The position numbers and the translations under genes were made by a program. Below the pieces are notes generated by a model, which worked only from the letters and a program-made list of their open reading frames with translations, was not told the origin of the DNA and ran no database searches. Below are positions 10,214 through 19,308 of a stretch of 47,019 bases of DNA, in pieces; position 1 is the first letter of the stretch; every line of letters begins with the position of its first letter. Origin of the DNA: Candidatus Peribacteria bacterium (GTDB taxonomy: Bacteria > Patescibacteriota > Gracilibacteria > Peribacterales > Peribacteraceae); assembly GCA_041691135.1 (NCBI GenBank), contig JBEPVF010000012.1:1-47019 (forward strand). The letters are read 5' to 3'.

Positions 10214-12511
10214 TCAGGCACCCACCGCATCCAGTCCGTGTTTCTTGCAGGCTCGTCGCAGAGGCTCTGCAATGCGAAGACCTCTCATATGAGCCTGATG
10301 CACGCGACCTTCCAGTCCTTTTTTGAACGTTTGATCCGGCACACCCTTTTGCATTCGCCATACATCGGGGTCACTCAAAAATTCCCGCATGTCATTTCTC
10401 CATTTGTCAAAATCTGCGTACGGATCCTGTGACTCCAAATCCATGCTAAGTAGGTGCGGCATGAATTCGCCGCATAACCGCACTCGTGTCCCATCCACAT
10501 CGTACGCAGTCGATTGATAGGCTAGCTGCTCAGATGTATGAAGCCAGTTATGCTGTCCACCCATGCGCACCGGATCGAGCATTCCGAAAGGCGCAGGGAG
10601 TGCCAGACCAACGTGCGACTTCACTGATCGGGTCGCGCGCTCTTGGTCGGATCCCACACCACCATTCAAGACTGCAGCGGCGTCAGCCGAATGCTCAAGT
10701 TCACTCTGTCTCACATCCAGGTCTCGTCCCTGGAAGACAGCGATGCCATCAGAATTAAAATCGGGACGAAGGTTACGGGCATCGTGGAAGACCGTCGAGA
10801 TGCCGTACGACATCATGTCGAGTTCCAACGCAGTTTGACTGATCGTATGCATCAGGCCGGCGTCCTCGCCCCCATGGACGAAACCGATCTCGACTCCCAT
10901 TTCAGCGGCATCTTGCGAAAGTTCGGAGAGTAAACGTACCAAGTGCGGCTTCACTTTTTCTTCCAGTCCTGGCTTGTGGGAGCACATGAACATGTAACGA
11001 AATGTGGTGCGCAGATGTCGTTCAAGCCTCGGCATTTTCACGAAGTTACGTCCATGGAAAACACGTAATTGCTCGAGGGGATCGCGCCAATAGAATTGCA
11101 TTTTTCCTTCCTTCCATAAGCGACACATGGCCATGAACTGCTCGGCATCCATACCGAATTGAGACCAATCCTTTCCATTGATGGAACGAGGTGCCGTAAA
11201 ATTTCCAAAGACCATCGAACCAATCCCTCTCTGCGTGAGTCGGTTGAAGTCCTCTACAGGCGGCAAACTCTCGCCTAAATACGTCGCATGATGGTTGTGC
11301 TGCGCACAGCCTTCCAATGCTTTCCGTAGGTTATGCGCGCCACCCGTCGGCAATCCGTACTCGCGACACAAATCATCAATCGAATTGGCGCGACCAGTAT
11401 GTAACTGTTCAACCGCAAAACAGAGACGATCATGGAGTCCTTCGCGCGCTCCCGGCTGCACACGGATCATGGAACCGTCTTCGCCGATGATAAAAGCAAG
11501 TTCTCTTCCGGGCTGCAAAACAGCGTTCACGAACTCGGTGACATTGCCATTCCCCGCTTCGATCTGTCCGGGATGGGCCGGAAGTGCAGACAGACCCGGC
11601 GCAACGCTGACTGGTGTCGGTCGTTGCAACGGATACGCACTGATATTGATGCGCACGTCTTCTGCCAAAACAGGCGCGTCGCTATACAATTCGACATGTC
11701 TGGCATCTCCGCCTTTGGCCATTTCGATGAGTTGACTCGCGCCATGGCGAAGACCAGGAATATTCGTTTGTTCATCAACCAGAAAGACATGATGCCGGGT
11801 ATCATGGAACGCCAACTCACCGGTATTGTTACCACCGATGCTCCTCAAGTTAAGGCGCTGATCTCCTCGTAATAGTGGAGATGATTCCTTCAATCGTCGC
11901 TGATGCGCCTGCGCGTATCCTTTTCCATCGTGAAGCAAATCACGATAGTCTCGTGACGAAAGAAAATCCCCGCCGTGATGCCATTCGATACCATCAAGTG
12001 GTACCGATAATTTTCCCGACTCCAGTCCTGATTCGCTGAATGTCGTTCCCCGTGGCATGGAAGCCATATGGGGTGACAGTTGATCATACGTCAATGACCG
12101 CACATCCGTTGGCAATGCGAATAATCGCCCAATCCTCACCTTCTGTGCCGCACTCAGCGCAGCAAAAAAAGGAAACCGCTCTTCGAGATCATTTGAAGTG
12201 ACAGGTGCACTTTCGTGAAAAAGAAACGTGGCATCGGCTGCCAATCCTTGGCCGTCGCGATGTAAGCAGTAGTTCGTTAAATCCAAACCATGGCGCGCAT
12301 ATGCACTACGGAGTGAATGAATAGCGGTCGTGATTTGACCACTGGAAACAGCACCCAATAGTTCATCTCGTTGCCGGGGGTCTTTGCCGAGCATTGGTGG
12401 TGGATAGACAATCGTTCCGGCCACCCGCAAAATGCCGTGCTCATCGAGCAATGCACTCGATGCCTGGAGTGAAGCCAAGTACCCATCGCCTGTACGAAAA
12501 GAAGAATTCAT
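10214..12511 (-). CDS. Large multidomain protein with a C-terminal LOG/SLOG-like nucleotide phosphoribohydrolase domain
   Basis: HGGEDAGLM...SYGIS and RQSELEHSADAAAVLNGGVGSDQE resemble the LOG motifs GG.GxM and RK...SDAF..LPGGxGTxxE. N-terminal ~490 aa not confidently assigned. Confidence 0.7.
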   Translation of the reverse strand: MNSSFRTGDGYLASLQASSALLDEHGILRVAGTIVYPPPMLGKDPRQRDELLGAVSSGQITTAIHSLRSAYARHGLDLTNYCLHRDGQGLAADATFLFHESAPVTSNDLEERFPFFAALSAAQKVRIGRLFALPTDVRSLTYDQLSPHMASMPRGTTFSESGLESGKLSVPLDGIEWHHGGDFLSSRDYRDLLHDGKGYAQAHQRRLKESSPLLRGDQRLNLRSIGGNNTGELAFHDTRHHVFLVDEQTNIPGLRHGASQLIEMAKGGDARHVELYSDAPVLAEDVRINISAYPLQRPTPVSVAPGLSALPAHPGQIEAGNGNVTEFVNAVLQPGRELAFIIGEDGSMIRVQPGAREGLHDRLCFAVEQLHTGRANSIDDLCREYGLPTGGAHNLRKALEGCAQHNHHATYLGESLPPVEDFNRLTQRGIGSMVFGNFTAPRSINGKDWSQFGMDAEQFMAMCRLWKEGKMQFYWRDPLEQLRVFHGRNFVKMPRLERHLRTTFRYMFMCSHKPGLEEKVKPHLVRLLSELSQDAAEMGVEIGFVHGGEDAGLMHTISQTALELDMMSYGISTVFHDARNLRPDFNSDGIAVFQGRDLDVRQSELEHSADAAAVLNGGVGSDQERATRSVKSHVGLALPAPFGMLDPVRMGGQHNWLHTSEQLAYQSTAYDVDGTRVRLCGEFMPHLLSMDLESQDPYADFDKWRNDMREFLSDPDVWRMQKGVPDQTFKKGLEGRVHQAHMRGLRIAEPLRRACKKHGLDAVGA

Positions 12512-12650
12512 GTGCTTTAGGGAGAGGACAGTTATAAGTTTTTTAGACGGAAAGTCAAAAAATCTGCTATTCGATAGGACGATTAGGCTGATTTGCTCGG
12601 GATTTCTTTACACGCTTTATACGAGTGTCTACGCTTGCAACCTTTCTGTT

Positions 12651-13496
12651 ATGAGAAGTCCAGAAACTGCTTTCGAAGGTGGCATGTACACGATTGCCGA
12701 GGAACAGGAGAACGGCAATATCGGAAATCGCTTCGTTGTAGGCCCCATTTGGAAGACAAAAATCATAGAAGCGGCATCGGAAATGCCCGGTCAGTTAACC
12801 ACAATCGACTTCGGTGGCCGATCTGGTTCAGCAGAAGTCGATCTTCTGCTGCGAGATATCTCGGAAATCCCAGGACTGGAAGAAATTGCTGACAAAGTCG
12901 ACAGTTTTCGTAAGCGCGTAGTTGCAGCTCACGTACTTGATATCGATGACCATTCCCTGCAAATGGGACAAGAGCGTCTCCAGCGACTGGAAAGCTTTCA
13001 TCCCCATGCACAAGACCTGATCAAGCTAACAAAACTGAATGTAGGAAATACACGTTTTGATCTGGACGATAACTCAGCGGACATCGCGCTATCACGGCAT
13101 TTCTTGATGTATCCTTCGAAGGAAGAATTAGAGTTTCATTTAAATGAAGTACACCGTTTACTCAAAGAAAATGGCCAGTATGTGTTTGCCCTTCTTAATC
13201 CACAGTACGAGATTATGAAATGGAGAAAACATTATCCAAACCATCCACACCCCGAAGACCACGACCCCATTGATTTTCCTCATCATGGAACGAACGGCGA
13301 CAGCAAAGAATTCATGCTCCCCCATCACTATCGTCGCCTGGTGACACATATGAAGATGATGCAAGCAGTCGGACTTGAACCAACATCCTTACAGAAAGCG
13401 ATGCCCATCACCGATGCATTCAAAGAGAAATATCCTCGTTACTACGATGAGAGGTGCCCGATGGCAATTGTGGGAACGGCCAAGAAAGAACGTTGA
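12651..13496 (+). CDS. Class I SAM-dependent methyltransferase
   Basis: IDFGGRSG motif I, LDID, SADIALS and EVHRLLKENG. Start at ATG 12651 inferred. Confidence 0.8.
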   Translation: MRSPETAFEGGMYTIAEEQENGNIGNRFVVGPIWKTKIIEAASEMPGQLTTIDFGGRSGSAEVDLLLRDISEIPGLEEIADKVDSFRKRVVAAHVLDIDDHSLQMGQERLQRLESFHPHAQDLIKLTKLNVGNTRFDLDDNSADIALSRHFLMYPSKEELEFHLNEVHRLLKENGQYVFALLNPQYEIMKWRKHYPNHPHPEDHDPIDFPHHGTNGDSKEFMLPHHYRRLVTHMKMMQAVGLEPTSLQKAMPITDAFKEKYPRYYDERCPMAIVGTAKKER

Positions 13497-13500
13497 GTTT

Positions 13501-14244
13501 TCAACGCTCCCGTATCAATCGCTGATGCCGATTATCAAAAAACCTGCGTCCCTTCCTTCGTATCTCGGTCTGAATATCCCGTAAGAGCATATCACCGTCG
13601 GGTAAGTACAACTGTGTAACGACTGATCTAACACCCGTACAATCCATCTGAGCAATGAGACGTGGCTGAATGCCAATCTCCCGCTCCAGACGTTCGGCGC
13701 CACCACTTCCCTTATCAGCAACCAACACAACACCCAGGATTTCATGCCGAGTCTGCTCGCGAATGGCACGGCACTGCGCCACCATCGTACCGCCCGTACT
13801 GATAAGGTCGTCAACAATCGCTACTTTCTTCGTCGGCTCACGTGTTGTCATGCCATCAAAATGCAACTGTGCATTTGCGTACTCCATTGTAAGCGGAATC
13901 GAAGGTCTATCTTCTTTAGGCTGCGTGACCCAGCGGGAAATTGCCAACGGCAAATTGACTCTATTCTGCACCGCTGCGGCCAGGATCGCGCCCCGATCTT
14001 CTTCGCTACTCAAAAGATCAGCGCTCTCAAAAATATCGCGTCCCACAGCATGCATAAGACGAGCTACCGCCTTGAGCAAGTATCGTGGAGTCGGCGGTGT
14101 TTGTTCGGTTAAGGAGTTCCATACAAAGTTGTGTGGCGTACCTGCTACAGACGTCATCTCACAATCATGCAACGCCTCATAGAGAATGTGTGCGTCTTGC
14201 CGCAAGTGCCGAGTGTCATAGGTATTGGAATCGAGTTGGGACAT
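13501..14244 (-). CDS. Type I purine phosphoribosyltransferase (archaeal Hpt/Apt-like)
   Basis: PRPP loop VAIVDDLISTGGT; NSLTEQTP and EEDRGAILA resemble the archaeal HPLTDGVP and EAMGIPLA segments. Confidence 0.85.
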   Translation of the reverse strand: MSQLDSNTYDTRHLRQDAHILYEALHDCEMTSVAGTPHNFVWNSLTEQTPPTPRYLLKAVARLMHAVGRDIFESADLLSSEEDRGAILAAAVQNRVNLPLAISRWVTQPKEDRPSIPLTMEYANAQLHFDGMTTREPTKKVAIVDDLISTGGTMVAQCRAIREQTRHEILGVVLVADKGSGGAERLEREIGIQPRLIAQMDCTGVRSVVTQLYLPDGDMLLRDIQTEIRRKGRRFFDNRHQRLIRER

Positions 14245-14269
14245 AGGAAAATGTTACGGAATGAAGAAC

Positions 14270-15946
14270 TCACGCACGTGGCTTCCCTTCTTGAAATCCA
14301 CTATTGGTTTGCACACCAATATGCGCAAAACGCCTGAACTCATCTAAGTTTTTGGCGCCCGCATAGGTCATGGACGAAGTAACACCATCCATAATACGAT
14401 GAATTTTTTGAGCGACGGATCGTTCAGTCCCCTGGTAGACCCGAGCATTGCTCACGCCCTCTTCTCGTTCGCCAACGGTGCTTCTGAAAATTTGCATAAG
14501 ATCATCCTCCAGCGCCCGGCGGCGGCGCAAAGTTGCTGATTCGCGTGAGGCCATACCGGCATGCTTCTTATAAGAACGGTTCCCGTCTGGCTCTAACTCT
14601 GGTGGACTTTCCAAAAGAGGTACGAAATCACTGCCGATCATCACCTGTGATGCTCCGGCCGCCAGTGCAAGCGCAACGTCTCGTGGATGTTTGATGCCAC
14701 CATCGGCCCAAATATGACCACCGCAGATCTCTGCCTCTTCCGCACATTCCAGCACAGCACTCAACTGAGGACGGCCGACACCTGTTTCCATCCGAGTCGT
14801 ACACGCAGCTCCAGGTCCAATGCCCACTTTCACGATATCAGCACCGGCCGCCAATGCATCACGGGTAGCCTCGGCTGTCACCACATTGCCGGCAATGATG
14901 GCAATACGCCTCCCACTTTGCTCAACAAGATCACGCGCGCTTTGAATATTCCTATACGGTATAAGTCCTTGGTCTAAATGCGCAGTATCCAACACAATGC
15001 CACGGACACCGACACTAATAAAATGCTTCATCCGACCAACGGGATCCTTATTCACCGCACCCACGGTCGCAAGAACACTGAGTCCGCCAAAATCCGCATC
15101 TACATACGGACGATAGCGCAATTGCATAGCAGCCGACTGTTCTGTGTACGCGCCAAGAACTTTCCCATCAGAACCAAGGACGGGGAGAAAATGAACATGA
15201 CCCTCCTGCATTCTTTTTATGGCATCCTGTGGAGTGATACCTTCGTCTCCGGTCACAAGATTCGACGACGAAACATAGTCGGAAATAGCAGCATCTGGAT
15301 TCACACCCTCCGGAATGTCTTTTTTTTGCAAGACACCCATGAGCTGTCCCTGCTGATTGACTACGACAGCCGCGCTGAAATCTCTTTTTTGAAGAACTCG
15401 GTGAAATTCAGAAACAGATGTTTGCGGCGTGACGCTAATCGCAGTCGGGTAGCGGGTATCTCGACTATGGATATAGTCAGCAATGCGTTCGATCTCGCTA
15501 TCCGGCATATCCTGCGGCAAAGCTCCACTGCCACCCATGCGAGCCATCGCTTCCGCCATACGTTTTCCTGTAACTGTATTCATATTGGCGGAAACAATCG
15601 GCAGATTTCCGAATCCATCAATAGGAGAGACGTCGACATGGTCACGAGACGTGACGGTGACGGCACCCGGATACTTTGCACCGAGTTCTAAAACATAATC
15701 CCTAAACGCCCGGTGTACACTGAGTGCACTTTTTTGCAACGTTAGGTCTTTTGTACCCGCACGAATGCCTTCTAAAGCCACTGTACGCGCCTGACTACTT
15801 TCGTGATGTAGTGTATGTAATTTCGCCATTTCATCTCCCAAAGCATAACTTTGCAACCGATCCAAAATTGAATTATGAGGCACAAGAAACGCATCTTCAT
15901 ACGTCAGGTCTGGATGCCGTGCCGGATCGAAGAGAAGTTTTGGCAT
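14270..15946 (-). CDS. guaB1: GuaB1-family IMPDH-related protein (probable GMP reductase) with CBS pair
   Basis: [45 protein letters not shown] and EEGVS motifs; CBS subdomain. Confidence 0.88.
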   Translation of the reverse strand: MPKLLFDPARHPDLTYEDAFLVPHNSILDRLQSYALGDEMAKLHTLHHESSQARTVALEGIRAGTKDLTLQKSALSVHRAFRDYVLELGAKYPGAVTVTSRDHVDVSPIDGFGNLPIVSANMNTVTGKRMAEAMARMGGSGALPQDMPDSEIERIADYIHSRDTRYPTAISVTPQTSVSEFHRVLQKRDFSAAVVVNQQGQLMGVLQKKDIPEGVNPDAAISDYVSSSNLVTGDEGITPQDAIKRMQEGHVHFLPVLGSDGKVLGAYTEQSAAMQLRYRPYVDADFGGLSVLATVGAVNKDPVGRMKHFISVGVRGIVLDTAHLDQGLIPYRNIQSARDLVEQSGRRIAIIAGNVVTAEATRDALAAGADIVKVGIGPGAACTTRMETGVGRPQLSAVLECAEEAEICGGHIWADGGIKHPRDVALALAAGASQVMIGSDFVPLLESPPELEPDGNRSYKKHAGMASRESATLRRRRALEDDLMQIFRSTVGEREEGVSNARVYQGTERSVAQKIHRIMDGVTSSMTYAGAKNLDEFRRFAHIGVQTNSGFQEGKPRA

Positions 15947-16044
15947 ACGTAATGAAAATGAGAAGGATGTTGATTCTTCGATATAGTGAAATTAATGTCA
16001 ATTCTTTCAAGGCCTTACGAGATTTAAGAACGAATGCGACACAA

Positions 16045-16076
16045 GAAAAGCACTTCGGAGGACCAAAGTGCTTTTC
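16045..16076. terminator. Intrinsic terminator hairpin
   Basis: GAAAAGCACTT...AAGTGCTTTTC, downstream of the 16096 ORF. Confidence 0.75.
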
Positions 16077-16095
16077 CCCATAAAGTACAAGTTAC

Positions 16096-16473
16096 TTACG
16101 CCGCCTTATGCGGTTTCGGCATCACTTTTTTAACAACCTTCTTCACCGCCTTTGCCTCTTTCTTCATCATCGAGGCAGCCTTCTTGCCGCTGGACTTCAT
16201 CATATCCTTCATGCTTTTCTGGGCTTCATCGTACTTCTGCATCGTGTACTTCTTGGCCTTCTCTAGATTCTTCTGCACGTCATCGCTCTGGACGAATTCG
16301 TTCACATGGTGAACCAATTTCTTGCTGTCTTTCTGCAAGTGCTTGCCGAGGATTTTGGCGCCGGCTTCGGCGTCCTTGGCTTTGGAGAGTTCCTGACGCA
16401 ACGTCTTGTTACCGAGAACATAGGCACCGAGCGCGCCGCCGAGTGTGCCGAGGAGGAGTGAAACTTTCTTCAT
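16096..16473 (-). CDS. Small Lys-rich membrane-anchored protein (YtxH-like architecture)
   Basis: MKKVSLLLGTLGGALGAYVL anchor followed by amphipathic helices; paralog at 37819. Confidence 0.75.
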   Translation of the reverse strand: MKKVSLLLGTLGGALGAYVLGNKTLRQELSKAKDAEAGAKILGKHLQKDSKKLVHHVNEFVQSDDVQKNLEKAKKYTMQKYDEAQKSMKDMMKSSGKKAASMMKKEAKAVKKVVKKVMPKPHKAA

Positions 16474-16578
16474 ACAAGTGGAGGGGAAAGTGGAGAAAAT
16501 CGTACGATAGTATGCAGACGTTTGCAAAGCGGAAAAGTTGCAGGGAAAGACTGAGTGCCAAAAAACTAAGATCGGGGA

Positions 16579-16656
16579 AAATTCGAAATTCGAAGCACGA
16601 AGCACGAAAAAATGGAACAATAAATTTTCGAATTTCGGATTTCGTGCTTCGAATTT
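16579..16656. repeat. Inverted pair of 7-mer tandem arrays (AAATTCG/AAGCACG)
   Basis: AAATTCGAAGCACGAA is perfectly complemented by TTCGTGCTTCGAATTT; overlaps the uvrC stop codon. Confidence 0.85.
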
Positions 16657-19072
16657 ATTCGCGGCCTATCTTGTCCCGTAATCCGATCAGCTGTGCTTCG
16701 TTTATGAACACCATCAGCTCTTGATCTGTCGCGCTCTTCATCGCGCTCACTGTCTTGAAGTACGCCAGCAGTGCACGCCTAGTTTCGTCGCCCATGCCCG
16801 GCACATCGTCGAGAACTGATTCCTTCACCGCCTTTAAGCCACGGCCTTCGCGGTGACGATTAGCCGAGCGGTGCGCCTCGTCGCGCAGGCGCATCAGCAG
16901 AAATTTCGCCTGCGAATCTTTGGGAAAGATTACCGGCTCCGATACCTCCGGCACGAACACTTCTTCCTCGCGTTTGGCGAGGCCGATCACCGAAATCTGC
17001 AGTTTGAGTTTGCGCAAGACGTCGACGACGGTGGAGAGCTGCCCCTTGCCGCCATCGATCACGAGCAGATCGGGCACCGAAGTGAACGATACATCGGCTT
17101 TGTTCTGCACCGCCTCGTACATCATCACGATGAGCGTATCGTCGGAAAAAGGCTGCAGGCGCTCGCGGCGCTCGTCGATCGGCTTCGGCGAAGTTTTTAC
17201 GTACCGGAAGCCGAGTCCTCCGTACGACATTTCCAATGCCGACGGCACGACGGCGTACATTTTCCCCTTCTTCAGACTCCGCAGAATTTTGCGGACCATG
17301 AAGCGCGGCAGCATCGTCTGGGCAAGATCGGCATCCGCCCACGTGCAGCGCAGTTCCATCACATTCTCCGAATGCGAAAAACTCTGCACCGTCGCGACAA
17401 TTCCTTGTTCGCGCCGCGCCAGCAGAAAACCATCGGGGTCAAAATGTTCCTCAGACTCATGGCAGTGCTGCAGAGCGAGTTCCTTCACGCGTTCCACTTC
17501 GTCTTTGTGCGCTTTGCCGAAGCCAATGCCTTGCTCTTTCCAGTTCTCCTCCTCTTTCGCGATGTCTTCGGTCAGATACCGCAGCCGCCGCGTGAGGACT
17601 TCGCGCAGCGCCCAGTAGTCGTCGATCTCGCCGCGCTTGAGCGTGCGAATGGTGAACGATCGGTAATGATCGTTGGCCGCTTTGCCCTTCCGCATCACCA
17701 CCATACTGCCCACCGTTTCGGTGCCACCCAAATGCGAGATGTCGTAGCCTTCGATGCGCTCCGGAAGCGACGGCAGATTGAGACGTTCTTTCAGCTCTTC
17801 AAGTGCACTGTCGGTGTTGCGTTTGTCAGCCTCCCACTTCGCCTCCTGTTGCTTGGCTTTCTGCTGAGCGTTCTTTTCGGCGAGTAACAGCAGATTCGAT
17901 TTCTTCCCCCGCTCCGGCACGACGATTTTCACCTTTCCACCGCGGCGGGCAGTGAGCAATTCCTGCAGTACGCCGAGCTCTTCCAGTTCTTCACCGATGA
18001 TGATGACCGGCGGAATTTCGGCTTCTTCGTCGTAAAATTGGGCCAAAAACTGCGTGATGACTTCGGCCAGCGACTCGGCATTGCCGACCAGGTTGTAGCT
18101 ATGTTCGCCGATCATGCGGCCGGCCCTCCGGTGGAACACCACCACATGCGAGCGATTGGCCAGCTGTGCGATGCCCACGATGTCGCTGTCTTCGCCGGAG
18201 GTGTCCGATACCAATTCGACATCGTCTTTCTTGTGCTCCAGATACCGTAGATGATTGCGCAGCTGCGCCGCGATTTCGAACTTCTTATCCGCCGCAGCCT
18301 TCTGCATTTTTTCTTTGAGCAAAGTTTTGACCGTATCTTCATTGCCTTTCAAAAAATTGATGACGCCCTCGATCGATTGGTGAAAATATTCCTCCGGCGT
18401 CACGCGGCCGATGCACGGCGCACTGCACTGATCGATGTGAAAATCGAGGCACGGGGTCTTGCGATCTTTGTGGTAGCAAACAACCGGAATACGTTGCGCT
18501 TGCCCATCCTCTTCCTCCTCTGCCTCGCCGTAGCCCGCAGGCGAAGGCGGGTCCGCCGTTTCTATTTCCATCTTACACGTCCGATACGGATAAATTTTCC
18601 GCAACAGATCCAAAATTGTCCGTGCTTCCTCCGCAGTTGTTTTTGGTCCGAAATATCTGGCACCGTCGTTGAAGATACGCCGCACGATATCGATGCGCGG
18701 ATAGGGGTCCTGCATGCTGATGCGGATGTAGACGTAATTTTTATCGTCTTTCATCAGCACGTTGTACTTGGGCTTCAGCTGTTTGATCAGATGCGTCTCG
18801 AGCATCAGCGCCTCGAGTTCGGTATTGGTCACCGTGACATCGAAGTCGACGATCTGCTGTAGGAACGACTGCCGCCATGGCCCGATATTTCCCTTGGCCG
18901 GCACCACATACTGCGCCAGACGTTTGCGCAAACTCTTGGCTTTTCCCACATACAGAACATCGCCGTTCTTATTGAGCCACCGATAGATGCCCGGACCCAA
19001 CGGCGCTTGTTTGACGCGTGTGCGGAGCAGCGACAGCGGATCGTTGGCGGAAGGAGAGGCTTTGCGAATCAC
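16655..19072 (-). CDS. uvrC: Excinuclease ABC subunit C with internal insertions
   Basis: GIY-YIG (PGIY...LYVGKAKSLRKR), UVR domain, RIEGYDISH, DGGKGQL, RDEAHR and HhH. GTG start at 19072 inferred (TTG at 19087 possible). Confidence 0.96.
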   Translation of the reverse strand: MIRKASPSANDPLSLLRTRVKQAPLGPGIYRWLNKNGDVLYVGKAKSLRKRLAQYVVPAKGNIGPWRQSFLQQIVDFDVTVTNTELEALMLETHLIKQLKPKYNVLMKDDKNYVYIRISMQDPYPRIDIVRRIFNDGARYFGPKTTAEEARTILDLLRKIYPYRTCKMEIETADPPSPAGYGEAEEEEDGQAQRIPVVCYHKDRKTPCLDFHIDQCSAPCIGRVTPEEYFHQSIEGVINFLKGNEDTVKTLLKEKMQKAAADKKFEIAAQLRNHLRYLEHKKDDVELVSDTSGEDSDIVGIAQLANRSHVVVFHRRAGRMIGEHSYNLVGNAESLAEVITQFLAQFYDEEAEIPPVIIIGEELEELGVLQELLTARRGGKVKIVVPERGKKSNLLLLAEKNAQQKAKQQEAKWEADKRNTDSALEELKERLNLPSLPERIEGYDISHLGGTETVGSMVVMRKGKAANDHYRSFTIRTLKRGEIDDYWALREVLTRRLRYLTEDIAKEEENWKEQGIGFGKAHKDEVERVKELALQHCHESEEHFDPDGFLLARREQGIVATVQSFSHSENVMELRCTWADADLAQTMLPRFMVRKILRSLKKGKMYAVVPSALEMSYGGLGFRYVKTSPKPIDERRERLQPFSDDTLIVMMYEAVQNKADVSFTSVPDLLVIDGGKGQLSTVVDVLRKLKLQISVIGLAKREEEVFVPEVSEPVIFPKDSQAKFLLMRLRDEAHRSANRHREGRGLKAVKESVLDDVPGMGDETRRALLAYFKTVSAMKSATDQELMVFINEAQLIGLRDKIGRE
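18522..18551. repeat. REP-like hairpin lying in frame inside uvrC
   Basis: Shares CGTAGCCCGCAGGCGAAG with the intergenic insertion at 8273-8304; encodes PPSPAGYGEA. Confidence 0.8.
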
Positions 19073-19223
19073 AGGAACATCATACAAGAAAGGACGCAGA
19101 AATTAGGACATAGGGAAAAGGAAAATGAAGTTTGTCATTCTTTTGACCTGGTAGCGTCCTCAGTCCCAATCCCCAATTACCCCGCCCTAACCATCACTCC
19201 AATGACCTCTATTCGCCTTGGCA

Positions 19224-19251
19224 TTGACAAATACATGCCCTCCCGTACCCT
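19224..19251 (+). promoter_or_regulatory. Sigma70-type promoter of hppA
   Basis: TTGACA-16 nt-TACCCT. Confidence 0.55.
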
Positions 19252-19308
19252 CTCCCTATTCTGAGATTCCGGGGCTCTGCTCCTTTTGTGTTTCCTCACC
19301 ATCATTGT

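Noticed and set aside
16853-17887. Long antisense or alternate-frame ORFs (e.g. 16853..17887, 19741..20622, 26741..27682, 6239..7057, 3136..3936)
   Set aside because: They overlap well-supported genes and are expected shadows of GC-rich codon usage.
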